Below, piece by piece: positions 57,724 to 64,000 of a DNA stretch of 64,000 bases. The notes beneath the pieces are model-generated. The model saw nothing but the letters and a program-made list of their open reading frames with translations. It searched no databases and was not told the origin of the DNA. The first letter of the stretch is position 1. Every line of letters begins with the position of its first letter. Source of the stretch: Candidatus Latescibacterota bacterium (GTDB lineage Bacteria > Krumholzibacteriota > Krumholzibacteriia > WVZY01); contig CAWBQK010000011.1 of assembly GCA_963791045.1 (NCBI GenBank), positions 128,001 to 192,000 on the forward strand, given 5' to 3'. Made by a program: the position numbers and the translations under genes.

Positions 57724-59769
57724 TTACATCTTATCCGCTGTTGTGAGAAGCTTGTCGAGGGCCTTGCGTCCGCGCACCGAACGGCCGGTGGACGAATCGG
57801 GCAGGATGCAGATCAGTGTGCCGAGACCGAGCACGACACCGCCGAGCCACAACCACGCGACGAGCGGATTCCGGTAAACCTGGATGACGGCGTCGCCCGT
57901 GTCCTGTGAGATTCCAGCGAATACCACGTAGAGATCATCCTGGAGCGTGCTCCTCATGGCGACTTCGGAAGTTGCCTGGTCGCTTGCCCTGTAAACGCGT
58001 TTTTCCGGATAGAGCATCCCGACCGGTTTGCCGTTCTTGGTAACAGCCAGCGCCGCCTCGATGAAATAATAAGTTCGGTGTTCTTTTCTTCCAGGTCATC
58101 GAAAACGAGTGTGTACGGTCCGACCGACAACGAATCGCCTACGCTGACATCGCCGGATGTGTCCTGGTTGAAGGCCGAGCCGGCAAAACCCACAAACATC
58201 AAAACTATACCGAAGTGGACAATCGCTCCGCCGTAGCGCCGTTTGTTGCTTGGCGACCAGATTGAAAGCCGCTGCCGGACTGATTCACCGCGTGCCCGCA
58301 TTCGGGCGCCAATTCCGCGGCCGAACTCGATCACAATGGTCAGCGTTACGAAGATCGCCAGGAAAAACGCCATCAACGGCGCCAGATCCCGGATGCCCAT
58401 CAGAAACAGCCCCACCGCCGCAACGAAGACTTAAAGTGAGCGGCCAAATGAAATTCCTCCGCATGCTCTTCCAGGACGTTTTACGCCACGCGAGAAGCGG
58501 CGCGACGCCGGTGAGGAAGAGAATGAAGAGACCCGAGAGGCACGTAGATCCGATTAAAGAACGGCGGGCCGATGGTGATTTTATGTCCTGTAATTGCTTC
58601 AGAAAAGACTGGGTAAACCGTACCCCAAAGCACCGCGAACGTGGCGCAGAGAAAGACGAGGTTGTTGAAGAGAAAACTCGCCTCACGAGATATCGCCGAA
58701 TCGAACGAGCTTTCGTCTTTTGAGATAATCGAGCCGTTTGAGATATCAAAATGACCGATCCCACCGCCGCGAGCGACAGTGAATCCGACGAAATAAGCGG
58801 CCGACGTCCGACTCTGCAAACGCGTGGACCGAGGACACCACTCCGCTACGTGTGAGGAACGTCCCAAAAATGCAGAGCAGATACGTCGCCATAATGAGCG
58901 ACGATGTTCCATATCTTGAGCATGTTCTTTTTTTCCTGGACGATCGCCGAGTGCAGAAACGCCGTTCCGGTCAGCCACGGCATAAACGATGCGTTTTCGA
59001 CAGGGTCCCAGGCCCAGTAACCACCCCACCCAAGTTCCACATACGCCCAGGCCGCACCAAGAATGATCCCGATACCAAGAAACCCCCATGCGAGCAGCGC
59101 CCATCGCCGGATCAGCGTGATCCACGCGTTACCCAGCTCCCGGGTGACCAGCGCGGCAAGCGCGAACGCCGCCGGTACCACGAACCCGACGTATCCGATA
59201 AAAAGAACCGGCGGGTGGATCACCATGATCGGATGCTGCAGGAGCGGGTTGAGCCCGCGGCCGTCATTGCGGGGTAAAGGGCATTGCGTGTGCGTCACCC
59301 TCGTGGATAATCCCGAGACGGACGAAACGGGTTTTCGACAAATGTATGTCAACAGATCAGAAAAAAGAGTGCCGTTGATGGAGATGATATCCAACGCCAC
59401 CGTAACGAGATCGCTGCGGCGGTGCCGGTTTTGAAAAGTAATGATCGCGGAAAAGATAACAAGAACCCAGGTCCAGAAGAGCAACGAGCCCTGTTGTCCG
59501 CCCCAGAAAGCGGCGAGCTTGTACGCCATAGGCAGGTCGGCGTTGCTGTACTTGGCGACGTATCTCGACATTGAAATTGTTAACGTCGCAAACAGATAGA
59601 AAAGCGCGATCGAGGCGGCTGTGACCAGCAAACAGGATGCGTATACCGCGTATTCGCCGGATTTGACCAGTTCGCGACGGTGCGTACGCCATCCCAAAAA
59701 GAGCGCCAAAACGGCGTAGAGCGTGACCGAAAAGGCGAGGGTCAAAGCTAGATTGCCAAAGTTCGCCAA
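57724..59769 (-). CDS. ccmF: Cytochrome c heme lyase CcmF, multiple frameshifts
   Basis: [71 protein letters not shown] spread over frames. Confidence 0.9.
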
Positions 59770-59872
59770 AAGTTCCTCGATTACCAAATTAGGACGAAGG
59801 GATTTCAAGAATGATTGTATCAACCGGATGCTCGCGCACCCACGAGAGACATTGCTGCCAACGGCGTGCGTG

Positions 59873-60286
59873 TTACTTCCCGAGGCTTGTGCCGTGTTCT
59901 CGGATTGGTATTTGGACGCGCACTTGGCCTGGATTTGTCTGGCCTCGAATGTGCCGTCCTCTCTGGTACTGCCTTCGCAGACCGCTTCGACACCGTCTTT
60001 GAACGTGTCGGGTACCGGCGCGCTTCCCGTATACACGCATGCGAGTGTTGAGTTCGTCTTGTTCGAGGCGGAAGTGCAAGTCTTTGCCGAGTCGGACGAT
60101 GGTGCCATCGGTGACGATGCCGGCGACTTTTATACGTTTGCCATAGGCGTCGTCACCCATCTCGTCGAATTCCTCGATGGTTTTGTAATACGCCTTGCCC
60201 TCCTCAAAGCCGGATAAGCCAAAATACGACAATGCGGCGATAACGGCGACGACGCCAAATATGATTCTGTAGTTCTTGTGCTTCAT
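59873..60286 (-). CDS. ccmE: Heme chaperone CcmE, CxxxY variant, frameshifted
   Basis: N-terminal TM, YYKT, RIKVAG.V, PDTFKDG..AV.EG, AKCASKY. Confidence 0.85.
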   Translation of the reverse strand: MKHKNYRIIFGVVAVIAALSYFGLSGFEEGKAYYKTIEEFDEMGDDAYGKRIKVAGIVTDGTIVRLGKDLHFRLEQDELNTRMRVYGKRAGTRHVQRRCRSGLRRQYQRGRHIRGQTNPGQVRVQIPIREHGTSLGK

Positions 60287-60481
60287 GCCTGTCTCTTTCT
60301 CAGATGTTGTCGATCCTCCGATGTGGAAAATCCAGAGGGGCTGATTTTGTGAATATAATAAAAACCGTCGCCGCTGACAAGAGTTAAACAGCCGCTTGAG
60401 ACAATCAAATTTACTAAATTTCTTGAGAAACATCAATTATTATATGCAGGCGATTACTGCGGCGACGGAACAGGCCAACTA

Positions 60482-63400
60482 CTAGCGGTTCACGACGGCG
60501 TTCGGCCATGGTCCGCAGCAGAGCACGGGGACGGTGAAAACGGTGATCAGGACGACCGTCATTCCGCCAAATGACGGGATGGCCATGGGAACCATGATGT
60601 CGGCCCCGCGGCCGGTTGACGTAAGTACAGGAATAAGAGCGAGTAAGGTGGTTGCTACGGTCATGATCGCCGGGCGGATTCGTCGTTTGCCCGCCTCGAT
60701 GGTAGCTTCGCGGACCTCGAGGACGGTGGCCGGACTGCCGCCGCGCGAACACCTGCCGGAGGTACGTCGAAATGATCACGCCGTCGTCGGTGGCGATTCC
60801 AAAGAGTGCGAGAAAGCCCACCCAGACCGCGACCGACAGATTGAGCACCTTGATATTAAATAGTTTCGAAGTCGATCGCCAAGCGGCCCCGAGAGGGGCA
60901 GTTCAGGAACCAGTCCTGGCCGTAGAGCCAAAGCATCAGGAATCCGCCCGCCCAGGCAACAAAAATACCGGAAAAGACGATGCCGCGGTCGCAACGTGAT
61001 GGAACTGGAAATATAAAATCAGGAAAATAATGACGAGCGCGAGCGGGAGCACGACGCTCAGTTTCTTCTCGCGAGCGGACCTGGCTCTCATAGCTTCCTG
61101 CAAAAGAATAGCTCACGCCTGCGGGGATATTGAGTTCACCGCTCTCGATCTTCGACGCGAGGTAGCGTGAGGCATCCTCGACGACGTCCACCTCGGCGTG
61201 CCCCGGTTTCTTGTCAAAAATCACATATCCGACCAGAAAGGTGTCTTCCGATTTGATGACCATCGGGCCGCGAACAAACTCGACCTCGGCCAGCTCGGAC
61301 AACGGAATCTGGGCGCCGCCGGGAGCGGGAACGAGAATCCGGCCGATGTCCTCGATCGTGTTGCGGAGTTCCCGCTGGTAACGCACCCTTACCGGATACC
61401 GTTCGCGTCCCTCGACCGTTGTGGTGAGCGGACTTGCCGCCGATGGCGACTTCGATCACATCCTGGACCGCGCGGATACTGATCCCATGTCTGGCGATGG
61501 CTTCCCGGTCGATTCGGATCTCGAGATAGGGTTTGCCGACGATCCGGTCGGCGATGACAGCGGACGGGTTCGACCGACGGGACTTCCTTGAAGAATCGCT
61601 CGATTTGCAGGCCGACCGCTTCGATCGTTTCGAGGTCGGGGCCCTTGACTTTTACGCCCATGCGGCGCACGCATCCCCGACTGGAGCATGACAAGACGCG
61701 CGGCGATCGGCTGGAGCTGTGGGGCGGAGGTCGTTCCGATGAGTTTGCCCGCCTTGATGATTTCATCCCAAATGTCATCGGGCGTTTTGATGTGGTCGCG
61801 CCAGTTCCGATAGGGGCGGCCTCGGTCGGTCGGGAACGAGGTTGCCGGACTCGTCGCGGACGAATTCGCCGACTCATTATCATACTTGAATTCTGACGCG
61901 GCGTCCGTACGGATCCGACGATGTACTCGGATTTGTAGTTGATCACCGTTTCGATCATCGAGATCGGCGCCGGGTCGAGCGGAGATTCCACGCGTCCGAG
62001 TTTACCCACGACCGATTCGATCTCCGGAATTGCGGAGAACGCCTTGTCCTGCGAATTGGAGGACATCGAGCGCTTCGCCAATCGATGCGTGCGGCATCGT
62101 CGTGGGCATGTAGAGGAAGGAGCCCTCGTCGAGGTCGGGCATGAATTCCTTGCCGAGTCCCGGGAAGGCGTGGTTGAGCGCCGTATACGGCGCCGTTCGT
62201 CGGATGATGTCGGGGGCGAAGCCAAAAAGGCGGTCGAACCCGAGCCAGATTGTGACGCCGGTTATCACTAGCGCGAGGGGAAGCGCGAGGAACAGCCGTT
62301 TGTGATCGAGTGCCCAGCGAAGAACCGGTTCGTAGATTTTCTGGAGAAGATAAAAAAGAAAAAGTATCCCGCCGAGAAGGGCGGCGACAAAGACTACGTT
62401 CAAGACTGCGCCCGCGCCGACGCCGAGCGGCAGCCAGTGCTGTGCGAGAACCACGGCGACCACGAGCGCCACCATATAATTGAAATACACGTGCGCCCGC
62501 GAGCGAATCCGCTCGGGCAGGCGGGATTGAAACTGAAGGACAGCGGCAAAAAGAACAAGGGCGATCCCGGTCATCCAGAATGTTTTAACAAGTGCAAACA
62601 CTCCGGCGAGTACAAGACCGGCGCGGAGCCATATGCTCGATCGCCCTCTTTTACGGTTCGTGAAAAGGATGTGCGCGACCGGCGGAATGATGGTGAGCGC
62701 CACTATGACCGACGCGATGAGCGCGAATGTTTTTGTATAGGCGAGCGGACGGAAGAGTTTTCCCTCGGCGGCCACGAGCGTGAATACCGGCAGAAACGAC
62801 ACGACGGTTGTTGCCACGGCGGTCAAGACGGCGCTTCCCACTTCGGTGGCGGCGTTGAAAATCACATCGCGCTTGTTGGCGTCGGGCGGCGCCCGATCGA
62901 GGTGTTTGAGGATATTTTCGGTGATCACAATCCCCATGTCGACGATTGTGCCGATGGCGATCGCTATCCCTGAGAGTGCGACGATGTTGGCGTCCACTTT
63001 GAAGAGCTTCATCGCGATAAAGACCATCAACACGGTGATCGGCAACAGCCCCGAGATGAGCAACGAACTTCGCAAGTGCATCACCATCATGAGGACGACG
63101 ATGATTGTGACGAGGATCTCGTCGATGAGCGCCGTGTTGAGTGTGCCCAGCGTTTCGTAGATTAGTCCCGAACGGTCGTAGAATGGGATGACGGTGACCT
63201 GCGACACGCGCCCGTCGGCCAGAGTCTTCCTGGGAAGCCCGGGGGAGATTTCTTTAATTTTGTCTTTAATGTTGCGGATTGCTGAGAGCGGGTTCTCGCC
63301 GTAACGGACGACGGCCACGCCGCCGACAACTTCGGCGCCGCCTTTGTCGAGCGCGCCGCGGCGGAGGGCGGGACCCAGCGCGACGTTTGCGACATCGACG

Positions 63401-64000
63401 ATTCTTATTGGGACGTTTCCCGTTTGTTTGATGACCGAGTTCTCGATGTCGGAGAGAGTTTCAATGAAACCGAGTCCGCGGATGACGTATTCGACGCGGT
63501 TGATTTCGATGGTCCGCGCGCCCACGTCGATGTTGGAGGACTTGACGGCGTTAAAAACCTCGGTGAGGGTGACGTCCGCCGCCCGCATGGCTTCCGGGTT
63601 TACATCGATCTGATATTCCTGGACAAAACCCCCGACAGACGCGACTTCGGCCACGCCTTTCGCCGAGAGGAGCGCATACCTCACCGTCCAGTCCTGGATC
63701 GAACGAAGTTCGTGGAGATCCCAACCGCCCGTTGGGTTGCCGTCTTTGTCGCGACCTTCGAGGGTGTACCAGAACACCTGGCCGAGGGCCGTGGCGTCGG
63801 GGCCGAGCGCCGGTTGGACGCCGGCGGGGACCGTCCCGGCGGAAAGCGAGTTTAGCTTTTCGAGCACGCGGCTGCGCGACCAGTAAAACTCGACGTCGTC
63901 CTCGAAGATTACGTAGATCGAGGAAAACCCAAAGAATGAGTAACTGCGGATGGTCCTTACCCCGGGGATCCCCAGAAGCGCCGTGGTCAGCGGATATGTT
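60482..64000 (-). CDS. cusA: CusA/CzcA heavy-metal RND efflux permease, 5'-truncated, frameshifted
   Basis: LGPDATALGQV, NIVALSGIAIAIG, EGKLFRPLAYTKT, EFMPDLDEG, VGFLALFGIATDDG, PMAIPSFGG. Confidence 0.88.

Noticed and set aside
57724-62300. True pseudogenes or programmed frameshifting in ccmF, ccmE and cusA
   Set aside because: Numerous scattered indels with intact motifs fit sequencing error better

Overview
Bacterial chromosomal window of about 58% GC (estimated by eye). Several secreted proteins end in FlgD-Ig/T9SS-type-A-like domains (NAYPNPFNPST...SGVYFY...KMVLLK), which suggests an FCB-group organism such as Ca. Krumholzibacteriota or Latescibacterota (inference). Left half: patatin-POTRA-Omp85 C-terminus, Na/Pi cotransporter with PhoU, EamA, rhomboid, TetR; a minus-strand cluster of metallophosphoesterase, NTT-HEAT transporter, cNMP-binding protein, PAS kinase and receiver; an ECF sigma/anti-sigma/DUF4097 cluster; PLD, M14 peptidase, LolA-like protein; a lipoprotein serine protease followed by a stand-alone copy of its own prodomain; a beta-CASP nuclease; two tandem FN3 lipoproteins divergent from two tandem FlgD-tailed apparent pseudo-metalloproteases. 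Right half: NrnA, a MqnD-like remnant, udk, nifS, cobO, two SDRs, an HNH nuclease behind a structured T-rich region, thrC, three ~1070-aa Cys-rich secreted paralogs with homogenised 3' ends, a ccm operon with CxxxY-type CcmE, and a CusA-type RND pump cut by the window end. Indels are dense at about 48.4-52.7 kb and 58-62 kb and are probably long-read errors. I found no rRNA, tRNA, CRISPR array or transposase. All family calls come from motif recognition, not database searches.
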